Shown here: one piece after another, positions 10,036-21,194 of the stretch | Position numbering within the stretch: the stretch's first letter is position 1 | Layout of the letters: every line of letters begins with the position of its first letter | Source: an uncultured Actinomycetes bacterium | GTDB lineage: Bacteria; Actinomycetota; Actinomycetes; S36-B12; CAIYMF01 | DNA length: 32,000 nt | NCBI GenBank assembly: GCA_963843975.1 | Contig: CAWJMG010000001.1 | Span: 360,001 to 392,000 of the forward strand | Direction of reading: 5' to 3' | Translations under genes and position numbers: made by a program | The notes under the pieces: model-generated | Databases searched by the model: none | The model's input: only the letters and a program-made list of their open reading frames with translations | Told to the model about the DNA's origin: nothing

Positions 10036-11736
10036 TCAGCCGGGGTAGACAGGGTCGATCGCGGTGCCGACGCGGTTCCAGGAGGCGCCGACCGAGGTGT
10101 AGAGGCTGTCGTCGGTGCCCGAGAGCAGCGACCGCGACGGCCCGGCGGCGACGGACACCGCGCCCTCCGGCGCGGACTGCCGACGGACCCGCGTGGTGCC
10201 GACCGAGAACTGCTGCACCTCGAGCGACGTGCGGCCCGACGTACCGAGCACGACGAGGGTGCTGGAGTCGGCCCAGGCCAGGTCGAAGGACTCGGTGAGC
10301 TGGGAGTCGACGCGACGCGGTGCGGAGACGCGCACACGGTCGCCGGTGCGCTCGATGCGGGCCACCATCGGCTCGGTGCGGCTGCCGCGCTGGACGAGCA
10401 GGGCGATGCGCGTGCCGTCGCGCGCGACCGAGGCCGCGACGATGTCGGCGTCGGTGACGCCCTCGGGCAGGCCCGACACGGGGACGACGACCGGCTCGGC
10501 GTCGGTGTCGGCGAGCAGTACGAGGCCGCGCCCGCGGTCGACGATCCAGAGCGCCCCGGTGCGGTCCCACGACGGTCGTGCGAGCTCGGTCCCCGTGTAG
10601 CGCACCGTGCCGGCGGCGCCCTCGAGGATCGGGTACGACGTCACCTCGCGACGGCCGCTGGACAGGACCGCGACGAACGACTGGTCGAGCGAGACCGCCG
10701 GCAGGATGCTCCCAGCGCCGAGGCTGACCACCCGCCCGAGCGTGCCGTTCGCACCCACGCGCATCAGCCGGTCATCGGCGAGCGCGTAGGCGACGAACGA
10801 CTCCGGCACCGAGTCGGGGTCGTAGGTGAGCCAGTCCGTCATGCTCTGCACGACGCCGACACCGGACACCGCGAGCGGCTGGCCGTTGACGGTGATGCGG
10901 ACGCCGGAGATGTCCGGCAGCTGCCGCAGCGTCCACACGAGCTGTGCCGAGAGCGCCTGGCGCGCGTTGTCGTCGGCCGAGAGCACCGCGTCGTTGAGCG
11001 CGACGTCGGCGATGCCGTCGACGACCGGCACGGACTCGGGCGCGAGCTTGGTGCCCTCGGGGAAGCCGCTGCGCACCGAGGGGGCGATCCACGGCGTCGG
11101 GCCGTCGAGGAGCGACGAGACGAGGCGCGTGGCGACGCCGGCGTTGGACAGCGGCACGAGGACGGGCGCCGGGACGAGGGTCGAGCCGTCGCGCGTGAAG
11201 TAGTAGAGGTCGAAGGCTCGGTAGCCGCGGTCGATGTCGCCGCGGCCGAGCACGAGGCCGTCGGGCAGCCCGTTGATGCGCCACTGCCCGTCGGTGCGCT
11301 GCAGGTCGTAAGCCACCGCGAGCGGCGTGCCGGGTGCCGCGACCGTGTACTGCCCCGCGCGGTCGATCTCGCCGGTGAGCCGGCCCGTGGCGGCCACCGC
11401 GGACCCCTGCACCTCGAGCGTGAGGCCGCTGCCGTCGTACACCTTCACGCCCTTGCCCGGGTTCCACGTGGCTGCGGCGAGCGGCGTGAGGTACTGCTTC
11501 GCGACGCCGAACCCGGTGTCCTGGCTGGCGGTGGCCTCCTGGAAGCCGCGCACGACCTCCTCGGGGGTCATGCCGTCGGTCGGGGGCCGGGCGATGACGC
11601 GGATGAACTGGTCGCTGCTGGGCGCGGCGATCGACGGGCCCTGCTCGATCGGTCCGGACGTCGGCACCTCGGCGCAGCCGGCGAGCAGCGCGGCGAGGGA
11701 TGCGAGGACGGCCGCGACGGCCGCTGGCCGCCTCAT
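10036..11736 (-). CDS. lpqB: lipoprotein LpqB (MtrAB accessory lipoprotein)
   Basis: 566 aa. It has a signal peptide plus lipobox (LASLAALLAGC). ATG 11736 overlaps the mtrB stop (ATGA). It holds the conserved third position of mtrA-mtrB-lpqB. Confidence 0.9.
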   Translation of the reverse strand: MRRPAAVAAVLASLAALLAGCAEVPTSGPIEQGPSIAAPSSDQFIRVIARPPTDGMTPEEVVRGFQEATASQDTGFGVAKQYLTPLAAATWNPGKGVKVYDGSGLTLEVQGSAVAATGRLTGEIDRAGQYTVAAPGTPLAVAYDLQRTDGQWRINGLPDGLVLGRGDIDRGYRAFDLYYFTRDGSTLVPAPVLVPLSNAGVATRLVSSLLDGPTPWIAPSVRSGFPEGTKLAPESVPVVDGIADVALNDAVLSADDNARQALSAQLVWTLRQLPDISGVRITVNGQPLAVSGVGVVQSMTDWLTYDPDSVPESFVAYALADDRLMRVGANGTLGRVVSLGAGSILPAVSLDQSFVAVLSSGRREVTSYPILEGAAGTVRYTGTELARPSWDRTGALWIVDRGRGLVLLADTDAEPVVVPVSGLPEGVTDADIVAASVARDGTRIALLVQRGSRTEPMVARIERTGDRVRVSAPRRVDSQLTESFDLAWADSSTLVVLGTSGRTSLEVQQFSVGTTRVRRQSAPEGAVSVAAGPSRSLLSGTDDSLYTSVGASWNRVGTAIDPVYPG

Positions 11737-13382
11737 CGCGGCACCTCGTCGCGTCGCGGTGCGCGGTACGGCTGCGTGGCGGTCGACTGGACGCGGGGGC
11801 CGGCGTCCTCGGGCTCGAGCGGCAGCGGCGAGTGCGTCATCGCGCCGTACGCCTTCTCGGGCAGCGTGAGCCGGAAGTTGGCGCCGTCGCCCGGGGCACC
11901 CCAGGCCTGCAGCCATCCGCCGTGCAGGCGCACATCCTCGAGCGCGATCGACAGGCCGAGGCCGGTGCCGCCCGTCGTGCGCGCACGCGCCGGGTCGGCG
12001 CGCCAGAACCGGTTGAAGACCAGCGACGACTCGCCGGGCTTCAGGCCGACGCCGTGGTCTCGCACGCACACCGCGACGGCACCGTCGGCCGCGGCCACGG
12101 TGACCTCGATCGGCCGGCTCTCGCCGTGCTCGATCGCGTTGACGACCAGGTTGCGCAGCACGCGGTCGACCCGGCGGGCGTCGGCCTCGACGAGGCACAC
12201 GGTGTCGGGAGTCGTGACGCGCACGAGCGTGCTCTTGCGCTCGGCGAGCGGCGTCGCCGCCTCGACCGCGCGCTCGACGAGGACGCGCAGGTCGACGGGG
12301 TCGGCGTCGAGCACCGCGGCACCCGCGTCGAAGCGGCTGATCTCGAGGAGGTCGGCGAGGAGGGCCTCGAACCGGTCGAGCTGGTTCTGCAGCAGCTCGG
12401 CGCTGCGGGCGGTGGCGGGGTCGAACTCGTCGCGCGACTCGTAGAGGAGGTCGGCGGCCATGCGCACGGTGGTGAGCGGCGTGCGGAGCTCGTGCGAGAC
12501 GTCGGACACGAAGCGCTGCTGCACGCGCGAGAGCTGCTCGAGTCGCGTGATCTGGGTCTGCAGGTTGGAGGCCATCCCGTTGAACGACGTCGCCAGCTTG
12601 GCGAGGTCGTCCTCGCCGCGGACGCGCATGCGCTCGGTGAGCTGTCCGGCCGAGAACTTCTCCGCCGTGCGCGCCGCGAGGCGGACGGGCGACACGACCT
12701 GGCGGGTCACGACGTACGCGATGCCGGCGAGCATGAGCACGAGGAGCAGCCCGACGAGCAGCACCGTGCGCTGCACGAGGTCGAGCGTGGCCTGCTCCTG
12801 CGTGAGGGGGAACAGGTAGTAGAGCTCGTACGGCCCGGTGCCGGGCACCGTGATCGGCGCGCCGATGGCGAGGCCGGGCGCGGTCGAGCCATCGGAGTAG
12901 CGGATCTCGGTCCACGTCCACGACTGGCGCTGGTCGGTCTGCACGGCGGTGCGCAGCGCGGCGGGCACGCTGGACTCCGACGCGTTGGTGGTGCGCTCCG
13001 GGGTGTCCCCTCGCTTGGGCGGCGAGGCGAGCAGCACCAGGTCGAAGAGTCCGGGGCTGCCGGCGCGCTGCGCGAGCACGCCCACGACGGAGTCGACGAG
13101 CGTGCCGACCGCCGGCGTGCTGGGGCCGGTGTCGGCCGCGTCCAGGAGCCGCTGCGCCTCGGTGACGCCGGCGGTGGCCTCGACGATCGACGCGCGGGTC
13201 TTGGCGTCGAGCAGGCCGGAGTTGATCCGCTGCAGGAGCAGGACGCCGATGAGCCCGACGACGAGCATCGAGAGCGCCATCGTCGTGCCGACGACGCGCA
13301 GCGACACCGAGCGGCGCCACCAGCGCAACGGCCGACCGAGGGTGGTCGCGACACGCTGCCACCCTGACGACCAGGAGTTCAT
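11733..13382 (-). CDS. mtrB: sensor histidine kinase MtrB
   Basis: 549 aa. It has two TM segments, a HAMP region, the H-box VSDVSHELRTPL and the ATPase G-box GGTGLGLSIA. It lies directly downstream of mtrA. Confidence 0.9.
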   Translation of the reverse strand: MNSWSSGWQRVATTLGRPLRWWRRSVSLRVVGTTMALSMLVVGLIGVLLLQRINSGLLDAKTRASIVEATAGVTEAQRLLDAADTGPSTPAVGTLVDSVVGVLAQRAGSPGLFDLVLLASPPKRGDTPERTTNASESSVPAALRTAVQTDQRQSWTWTEIRYSDGSTAPGLAIGAPITVPGTGPYELYYLFPLTQEQATLDLVQRTVLLVGLLLVLMLAGIAYVVTRQVVSPVRLAARTAEKFSAGQLTERMRVRGEDDLAKLATSFNGMASNLQTQITRLEQLSRVQQRFVSDVSHELRTPLTTVRMAADLLYESRDEFDPATARSAELLQNQLDRFEALLADLLEISRFDAGAAVLDADPVDLRVLVERAVEAATPLAERKSTLVRVTTPDTVCLVEADARRVDRVLRNLVVNAIEHGESRPIEVTVAAADGAVAVCVRDHGVGLKPGESSLVFNRFWRADPARARTTGGTGLGLSIALEDVRLHGGWLQAWGAPGDGANFRLTLPEKAYGAMTHSPLPLEPEDAGPRVQSTATQPYRAPRRDEVPR

Positions 13383-13400
13383 GCGATCACGCGCGATGCA

Positions 13401-14096
13401 TCAGGAGGGGCCGGCCTTGTAGCCGACGCCTCGCACGGTCACGACGATCTGGGGGCGCTCGGGGTCGTGTTCGATCTTCGAGCGCAGGCGCTGCACGTGG
13501 ACGTTGACGAGGCGGGTGTCCGCGGCGTGGCGGTAGCCCCACACCTCCTGCAGCAGGATCTCGCGCGTGAAGACCTGCCACGGCTTGCGGGCCAGCGCGG
13601 CGAGCAGGTCGAACTCCAGCGGCGTGAGGGAGATCGGGACGCCGTCGCGCTTCACCGAGTGACCGGCGACGTCGATCGCGAGGTCGCCGATGGTGAGGTT
13701 CTCCTGGCCGGCGGGGGCCGTGCTGCGCAGGCGTGTGCGCACGCGGGCGACGAGCTCCTTGGGCTTGAACGGCTTGACGACGTAGTCGTCGGCGCCGCTC
13801 TCGAGACCGAGGACGACGTCGACCGTGTCGGTCTTGGCGGTGAGCATGACGATCGGGACGCCGGACTCGGCGCGGATCGACCGGCAGACGTCGATGCCGT
13901 CGCGGCCGGGGAGCATGAGGTCGAGCAGCACGAGGTCGGGCTTGGACTCGCGGAATGCGGTCAGCGCCTTGGCGCCGTCGGCGCAGAACAGCGGCTCGAA
14001 CCCCTCGGCGCGCAGGACGATGCCGAGCATCTCGGCCAGTGCGGTGTCGTCGTCGACGACGAGCACTCGGCCCTTCACGTCGCTCATGGTCCCCAT
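13401..14096 (-). CDS. mtrA: OmpR-family response regulator MtrA
   Basis: MGTMSDVKGRVLVVDDD ... VPIVMLTAKTDTVDVVLGLESGADDYVVKPFKPKELVARV ... VRGVGYKAGPS is nearly collinear with mycobacterial MtrA. AGGAGA lies upstream. The ORF extension to 14483 was rejected. Confidence 0.92.
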   Translation of the reverse strand: MGTMSDVKGRVLVVDDDTALAEMLGIVLRAEGFEPLFCADGAKALTAFRESKPDLVLLDLMLPGRDGIDVCRSIRAESGVPIVMLTAKTDTVDVVLGLESGADDYVVKPFKPKELVARVRTRLRSTAPAGQENLTIGDLAIDVAGHSVKRDGVPISLTPLEFDLLAALARKPWQVFTREILLQEVWGYRHAADTRLVNVHVQRLRSKIEHDPERPQIVVTVRGVGYKAGPS

Positions 14097-14393
14097 CGTC
14101 TCCTGTCTTGGGCCCGTGCGGGCGCACGTCCGCCGCACCGGCCACGCCGGATCGGTCGTCCGCGGGCCTGATCGTGGCCCCCGGGGGCCGCCCGCCGCAA
14201 CGCACGCCGACCGGCGCACGGCGTGAACGACCGTCCCGACCGGTGGTACGACGTTGGCGGAGGCCCGCGAGTTCCGCCGTCGGGGTGCCGTGGGCACGCG
14301 CTGACGGTGCGGACGGCGCTGGCGTGGCACGATCAGGGCGGGGGGACGTCGACGGCGGGTCGGCACCCGAGCGAAGGGACGGTGCTGGGCGCC

Positions 14394-15707
14394 ATGAGCG
14401 ACGCCGACGACACCGGCCGGAGCGGCTGGTCCGCGCCGGGCTCCCCGGCGCCCGACCAGCAGGACACCACCTGGGTCGAGCACGCCCCCACCGCCCCGGT
14501 CGGACCCGACCCGGAGACCGTGGTGCTCGGCGACCAGCCGACCCTGGTCGACCCCAGCGTCCCGCCGCCCCCGCCGCCTGCACCGCCCGCGCCCGCCTGG
14601 TCGGCGCCCGCCATGCCGCTCCCGGGTGGCATGGCACCGCCGCCTCCTCCGCCCACCGCCGCGGCTCCCGCCTGGGGCCCGCCGTCGGGCCCGGCCGTCG
14701 GCCAGCCCACGTGGTCCGGCGCGGCCCTGCCCGGCGTGGCCGGCTGGGGCGCCGTGCCCGTCGCCCCGAAGCCCGGCGTCATCCCGCTGCGACCCCTCGG
14801 CCTCGGCGAGATCCTGGACGGCTCGATCTCCTACATCCGCCGCGACCCGCGCACGGTGCTGGGCATCTCGACGGTCATCGCGCTGGTCGTGGCGGTCGTG
14901 CAGTTCGTGGCGACGTTCGCGTTCGGCAGCGCCGCCTTCGACAGCATCCTCAGCGACGCCCCGGTGGACGAGCAGGCCACCCTCGACCAGCTCTCCGGTC
15001 TCTACGGCTCGAGCATCCTGCCCTCGCTCGTCGCGGGGATCCTGCAGGTCGTCGCGACCGGCATGCTCACCATCGTCATGGGCCAGGCGGTCCTCGGCCG
15101 CCGCGTCACCACGCGCGAGGCATGGGCGCGCACGAAGCCGCGCTTCTGGGCGCTGTTCGGCGTCACTCTCCTCACCGGCCTGGTGGTCTACGGCACCGGC
15201 CTCGGCGGCCTCGCGATCGCCATCGGCCTCGGCATCGCCGTGGGCGGCGCCGTCGACCCCGCCGCCGGCGTCCTGCTCGGGATCGGCGTCGGCCTCGCCT
15301 TCGGCGTCGTCGCCGTCTGGCTGTTCGTGAAGCTGCTGGTCGCGTCGCCGGTGCTCATGCTCGAGCGCGCCGGCGTCATCCAGTCCATGCGGCGGTCCTG
15401 GCGCCTGGTGTCGGGCGCGTGGTGGCGCACGTTCGGCATCTACCTGCTCGCGACGGTGCTCGCGCAGATCGTGTCGACCGTGTTCTCGTTCCCGCTCGGC
15501 CTGCTCGCCGGCATCCTGCCGTTCGTGGTGGGCGAGGGCTCGTTCGCCCTCGTGTACGCCGCCAGCACCGCCCTGGCCGTCCTGCTCACCTCGATCATCA
15601 CGCTCCCGTTCCTCGCGGGCGTGACCTCGCTGCTCTACATCGACCGCCGTATCCGGCGCGAGGCGCTCGACCTCGAGCTGCAGCGCGCCGCGGGCACGGG
15701 GGCCTGA
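14394..15707 (+). CDS. polytopic membrane protein with Pro-rich N-terminal region (GPDPase-membrane-domain/DUF975-like)
   Basis: An N-terminus of about 125 aa rich in P, A and G is followed by at least 6 TM helices and a C-terminal LLYIDRRIRREALDLE tail. Starts at ATG 14394 or in-frame GTG 14382 are possible. It is the first gene of the MoxR operon. Confidence 0.65.
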   Translation: MSDADDTGRSGWSAPGSPAPDQQDTTWVEHAPTAPVGPDPETVVLGDQPTLVDPSVPPPPPPAPPAPAWSAPAMPLPGGMAPPPPPPTAAAPAWGPPSGPAVGQPTWSGAALPGVAGWGAVPVAPKPGVIPLRPLGLGEILDGSISYIRRDPRTVLGISTVIALVVAVVQFVATFAFGSAAFDSILSDAPVDEQATLDQLSGLYGSSILPSLVAGILQVVATGMLTIVMGQAVLGRRVTTREAWARTKPRFWALFGVTLLTGLVVYGTGLGGLAIAIGLGIAVGGAVDPAAGVLLGIGVGLAFGVVAVWLFVKLLVASPVLMLERAGVIQSMRRSWRLVSGAWWRTFGIYLLATVLAQIVSTVFSFPLGLLAGILPFVVGEGSFALVYAASTALAVLLTSIITLPFLAGVTSLLYIDRRIRREALDLELQRAAGTGA

Positions 15708-15712
15708 GACAG

Positions 15713-16408
15713 GTGCCCGCCGCGCTCGCCGTCGTGGCGTCCTTCGGGGCGCAGCTGCCCCTGCGCGTGCCGGTCGACATCAGCCGTGAGGAGGCCCAGC
15801 AGCTCGCCCGCCTCGAGCTCGCCAACCCGCAGTACTCCCGGGAGCAGGAGAGCCTCGTCCAGAAGGCGATCAACTGGGTCCTCGAGCGCGTGAGCGACCT
15901 GCTCGACGCCGCGAGCGGCACGTCGCCGCTCGGATGGTTCGGCATCGTCGGCGTCGCGATCCTCGTGATCCTCGCGATCATCGCCATCCGTCGCCGCACG
16001 GGGGCGCTCAGCCGCAGCGGGAGCACGCCCCTGTTCGACGGCCGCAACCGCGGCGCCGCGGACCACCGCGCCGAGTCGGTCAGGCTCGCAGCCGCCGGGG
16101 CGTGGGCCGAGGCCGTGCGCGAGCGGCTGCGCGCGGTCGTGCGCGACCTCGAGGAGCGCGGCGTGATCGAGGAGGCGCCGGGCCGCACGGCCGACGAGAT
16201 CGCGCGCGACGCCGGGCGCGCACTGCCGTCGGTCGCGGGCGACCTCCGCGCGGCCGCCCGGGTCTTCGACGACATCTGGTACGGCGGCCGCACCGCCGAC
16301 GCCGCCTCGTACGAGCGGCTCGTCGCCGTCGACGACGCGGTGCGCGCGGCCCGGCCGGGCCAGGGCGGCGGCACGGGCGCCGACCGGCCGATGGCGGTGC
16401 CGCTGTGA
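15713..16408 (+). CDS. DUF4129 domain-containing membrane protein
   Basis: GTG 15713 lies 5 nt after the upstream stop. The protein has a single TM (WFGIVGVAILVILAIIAI) followed by a helical domain ending in FDDIWYGGRTADAASYERL, typical of DUF4129. Confidence 0.65.
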   Translation: MPAALAVVASFGAQLPLRVPVDISREEAQQLARLELANPQYSREQESLVQKAINWVLERVSDLLDAASGTSPLGWFGIVGVAILVILAIIAIRRRTGALSRSGSTPLFDGRNRGAADHRAESVRLAAAGAWAEAVRERLRAVVRDLEERGVIEEAPGRTADEIARDAGRALPSVAGDLRAAARVFDDIWYGGRTADAASYERLVAVDDAVRAARPGQGGGTGADRPMAVPL

Positions 16409-17585
16409 CGCTCGACGTCGGCGGCACGACCGCCGTCACGCCCGCTGCCCGCGCGAACGTGCGGCGCTGGCGCGGCCCGCTGATCCTCGGCATCGTCGTC
16501 GTCCTGGTGTCGCTCCTCCTGGCCCTGGCCCAGGGCCAGCGAAGCCGCGGCTACCTCGACCCGGACGCCGTCGACCCGTCGGGCGCAGGCGCCCTCGCCG
16601 CGCTGCTCGACGACCAGGGTGTCGACGTCATCCGCGTCACGACGGCCGAGGACGCTCGCGACGCGCTCTACCGCACCGAGGGCACCAAGACGCTCCTCGT
16701 CGCGGCCGAGCTCGGCCCGGTCTCGTACCGCATGGCCGACCTCGCGACCTCGGTTCCGTTCAGCCACCTCGTCGTCGTCGGCGGCGACCCCGAGTCGGTC
16801 GGCAACCTCGCCTCCTGGGCGACGGTCGTCGGCTACGGCCAGCGCAAGGACGAGATCGCACCGGACTGCACCTGGGACATCGCCCAGCGCGTCGGTCCGC
16901 TCGTCGCCCAGGGCCAGCAGTACGACGGCAAGGGCCTCGACGCCACGGTGTGCTGGGACGCGTTCGTGCTCGACCTGCCGGTCGGCACCGGCCAGAAGCC
17001 GACGACCCTGATCGGCGCGGGCACGCCGTTCACCAACGACGTGCTCGCCGACTCCGGCAACGCCGCCCTCGGCATGAACGTCCTCGGCCGCGACCAGACC
17101 GTCGTGTGGTGGCTGCCGTCGATCACCGACCCGCTGCAGCCCGACTCCGGCAGCGAGGGCGCGAGCATCACCGACCTCGTGCCGTCGTGGGTCGCGCTCG
17201 CCGTCTGGCAGGTGTTCGCGGCCGCGCTGTTCACCGTGTGGTGGCGCGGGCGCCGCCTCGGCCGGGTCGTGCTGGAGCCGCTGCCCGTCGCCGTCCGGGC
17301 GACCGAGGCCGTCGAGGGCCGGGCCCGCCTCTACCGTCGGGCCGGAGACCGCGGACGCGCCGCCGACGTCCTGCGCGCGGCGACCCTCGGGCGCCTCACG
17401 GCCATGCTCCGGCTGCCCCGCACCTCCGGCCTGGCCGAGGTCGTGCCCGCCGTCGTCGCCCGCACGGGCCGCGACGCCACCGATGTCACCGCCCTGCTCA
17501 CGCCGGGCGTGGATCCCACCGACGACGCGGGCCTCACCCGGCTCGCCGACGCGCTCGACACCCTGGAGGACGAGGTGCGCCGCTC

Positions 17586-17589
<4 letters not shown>
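16405..17589 (+). CDS. DUF4350 domain-containing membrane protein
   Basis: GTG 16405 overlaps the upstream stop (GTGA). It has an N-terminal TM (GPLILGIVVVLVSLLLALA), a central extracytoplasmic domain and a second TM (WVALAVWQVFAAALFTVWW). Confidence 0.65.
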
Positions 17590-18563
<974 letters not shown>

Positions 18564-18579
18564 TCGCAGGACCCATCCG

Positions 18580-19875
18580 ATGATCGTCACCGGGCGCGCC
18601 GCGCTCCTCGCCCTCCTGCTCACGGCCCCCGTGGCCGCGGTCGCGAGGTCGTTGGCGGGCGTCCTGGTGGCCAACCTCCTGCTGCTCGTGCTGCTCGTGC
18701 TCGACGCGCTGCTGGCCGGCTCCCCCCGGCGCCTGTCCTTCAGCCGCAGCGGCGACACGACCACGCGCCTCGGCGAGGAGGCGCTCGTGACGCTCGCGGT
18801 GCGCAACGACGGCCGCCGCCGGGTCCACGGCGTGCTGCGCGACGCCTGGGCGCCCACCGCCGGTGTCGCCATCACGCGGCACGCCGTCGACCTCGAGCCC
18901 GAGCGGGTGATGCGGGTGTCGTCGCTGCTGCGGCCGGTGCGCCGCGGCGAGCGTCGTCCCGACCTCGTCACCGTGCGCTCGCTGGGGCCGCTCGGCCTCG
19001 CCGGACGCCAGGCCTCGCACGCCGTCCCGTGGGGTGTGCGCGTGCTCCCCGGCTTCCCGTCGCGCAAGCACCTTCCCTCGCGCCTCGCCCGCCTGCGCGA
19101 GCTCGACGGCCGCACGGCCGTTCTCGTCCGCGGCCAGGGCACCGAGTTCGACAGCCTCCGCGAGTACGTCGAGGGCGACGACGTCCGGTCGATCGACTGG
19201 CGTGCCACCGCACGTGCGAGCGACGTGATGGTGCGTACCTGGCGGCCCGAGCGCGACCGCCGCGTGCTGCTCGTCGTCGACACCGCGCGCACCTCGGCCG
19301 CCCGCGTCGGTGACGGCACGCGGCTCGACGCGTCGATGGACGCCGCGTTCCTCCTCGCCGCGCTCGCGACCCGCGCCGGAGACCGCGTCGACATGCTCGC
19401 GTTCGACCGTCGCGTGCGCGCCGACGTCCGCGGGGCCTCGGCCACCGACGTGCTCGTACGGATGTCCGAGGCGCTCGTCGACGTCGAGCCGATGCTGGTG
19501 GAGACCGACGCCCACGCGATGGTCGCCGCGATCGGCGCCCGCATGCGCCAGCACGCGCTGGTGGTGCTGCTGACGGCGCTCGAGCCCTCGGCCCTCCGCG
19601 AGGGGCTGCTGCCCTACCTGCCGGCGCTGGCTGCCCGGCACACGGTCGTCCTGGCCTCGGTGCGCGACACCCGGCTCGACGAGCTCGCCCACGGCCGTGG
19701 CGACGCCCTCGCGGTGTACGACGCGGCGTCGGCCTCCCAGGCCGTGGCGGACCGCGACAGCATGACGGCGCTGGTGGCGCGGTCCGGCGTCGAGGTGGTG
19801 GACGCGACCTCGGACGAGATCGCGCCGAAGCTGGCCGACCGCTACCTGGCCCTCAAGGCCGCCGGCCGGCTCTAG
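18580..19875 (+). CDS. DUF58 domain-containing protein (vWA-like, MoxR partner)
   Basis: 431 aa. It has two N-terminal TM helices and the signature GTEFDSLREYVEGDDVRSIDWRATAR, followed by a vWA-like VLLVVDTAR block. Confidence 0.85.
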   Translation: MIVTGRAALLALLLTAPVAAVARSLAGVLVANLLLLVLLVLDALLAGSPRRLSFSRSGDTTTRLGEEALVTLAVRNDGRRRVHGVLRDAWAPTAGVAITRHAVDLEPERVMRVSSLLRPVRRGERRPDLVTVRSLGPLGLAGRQASHAVPWGVRVLPGFPSRKHLPSRLARLRELDGRTAVLVRGQGTEFDSLREYVEGDDVRSIDWRATARASDVMVRTWRPERDRRVLLVVDTARTSAARVGDGTRLDASMDAAFLLAALATRAGDRVDMLAFDRRVRADVRGASATDVLVRMSEALVDVEPMLVETDAHAMVAAIGARMRQHALVVLLTALEPSALREGLLPYLPALAARHTVVLASVRDTRLDELAHGRGDALAVYDAASASQAVADRDSMTALVARSGVEVVDATSDEIAPKLADRYLALKAAGRL

Positions 19876-19878
19876 GGG

Positions 19879-20085
19879 TCAGTGGCCGAACCGCCAGTCG
19901 GTCACGATGGCGCGCTCGTCCGACGTGAGGTTGGTCCACGCGACGGCCCGCTCGGCGGCGGCCTCGTCGTCCCGGATCCGCATGCGTGCGGCGTTGTCGC
20001 GCACCGCCGACAGTGCCGCCAGCGCACCCATCAGCGGCAGCGTGGCGACGCGTACCGCGAGCTCGATCTCGCGCATGCCGGTCAT
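19879..20085 (-). CDS. hypothetical 68-aa protein
   Basis: GC3 is high throughout. ATG 20085 is preceded by GGGAGG with a 5-nt spacer. It lies 58 nt downstream of the SpoIIM-like gene on the same strand. No domain was recognised. Confidence 0.5.
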   Translation of the reverse strand: MTGMREIELAVRVATLPLMGALAALSAVRDNAARMRIRDDEAAAERAVAWTNLTSDERAIVTDWRFGH

Positions 20086-20143
20086 GACGGCCTCCCTGGT
20101 CTCTCACCGGGAGGATCGGCCGTGCAGAGCCGGGACTGAAGCG

Positions 20144-21145
20144 TCAGCCGGCGTACGGGAGGACGTCGGTGCGGTCGGCGGAGGTCACGAGGTCGCCGAT
20201 GTCGCCCGCCCGGTCGGCGCGACGGCCGAGGGTGAAGACGTAGACCAGGAACGCGATCCAGACGAACGCGCCGATGCCGATGCGCGCCCAGGTCGGGAGC
20301 GGGGACGGCGTCACGAAGGCCTCCACGACGCCGCTGACGAGCAGCACCACGACGAGGCCGAGCGCGATCGTCAGCGTGGCGCGGCCCTCCTCCGCGAGGG
20401 CGACCGACCGCGGTCTCGGGCCAGGGGCGACGATCTGCCAGCCGAGGCGGATGCCCGCTCCCCCGGCGACGAAGACGGCGGTGAGCTCGAGCAGACCGTG
20501 CGGGGTGATGAGGCCGAAGAACACGTCGAGACGGCCGCCCGCAGCCATGAGGCCGCCGACGACGCCGAGGTTGAGCGCGTTCTGCCAGAGGATCCAGATG
20601 CCGGGAAGGCAGAGCATCGCGCCGAAGATGAGCGCGAGCGCCGCGACCCAGGCGTTGTTGGTCCAGACCCGGAAGGCGAAGGAGCTGGCCGGGTCCGAGG
20701 TGTAGTAGTCGGCGAAGTCCTGGTTGACCAGTCGTTCGAGGTCCTCGGGCGAGGCAAGCGCGGAGACGACGTCCGGGTTCCGGGCGATCCAGACGCCGAT
20801 CACGGTCGACACCAGCAGCGTCGCCACGCCGATCGAGATCCACCACGCCCGTGCGCGGTAGACGGCGACGGGGAACGACACGGTGACGAAGCGCGAGACG
20901 TCGCGCCACGAGACGCCGCTGGCGCCCGTGACGGCCGCGCGACCCTGGGCGACGAGCTGCGACAGCCGCGACACCAGCGCGGGGTCGGGAGCCGACGACT
21001 GCACGAGCGAGAGGTGGGTCGCCGTGCGCTGGTAGAGCGCCGTGAGCTCGTCGGCCTCGGCACCGGTGAGGCGGCGACGGCGGCTGAGCGTCTCGAGCCG
21101 GTCCCACTCGGCCCGGTGGGCGGCCACGAAGAGGTCGAGATCCAC
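20144..21145 (-). CDS. SpoIIM-like (stage II sporulation protein M family) membrane protein
   Basis: 333 aa from GTG 21145, with GGAGGGGG upstream. An N-terminal soluble helix region (FVAAHRAEWDRLETL) is followed by about 6 TM helices that include ITPHGLLELTAVFVAGGAG. Confidence 0.7.
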   Translation of the reverse strand: MDLDLFVAAHRAEWDRLETLSRRRRLTGAEADELTALYQRTATHLSLVQSSAPDPALVSRLSQLVAQGRAAVTGASGVSWRDVSRFVTVSFPVAVYRARAWWISIGVATLLVSTVIGVWIARNPDVVSALASPEDLERLVNQDFADYYTSDPASSFAFRVWTNNAWVAALALIFGAMLCLPGIWILWQNALNLGVVGGLMAAGGRLDVFFGLITPHGLLELTAVFVAGGAGIRLGWQIVAPGPRPRSVALAEEGRATLTIALGLVVVLLVSGVVEAFVTPSPLPTWARIGIGAFVWIAFLVYVFTLGRRADRAGDIGDLVTSADRTDVLPYAG

Positions 21146-21194
21146 CCGCGTGCCCCCTCCCGCCGATCCTGCGCCTACGGGGAGACTAGGGCAC

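Noticed and set aside
14325-14340. TGGCAC-N5-GGGC resembling a sigma-54 -24/-12 promoter upstream of the MoxR operon
   Set aside because: The -12 element does not match TTGC. Actinobacteria generally lack sigma-54.
14223-14393. 57-codon N-terminal extension of the Pro-rich membrane protein ORF
   Set aside because: The extension has no coding-like features or family resemblance. ATG 14394, or GTG 14382 just after GAAGGGA, is a better start.
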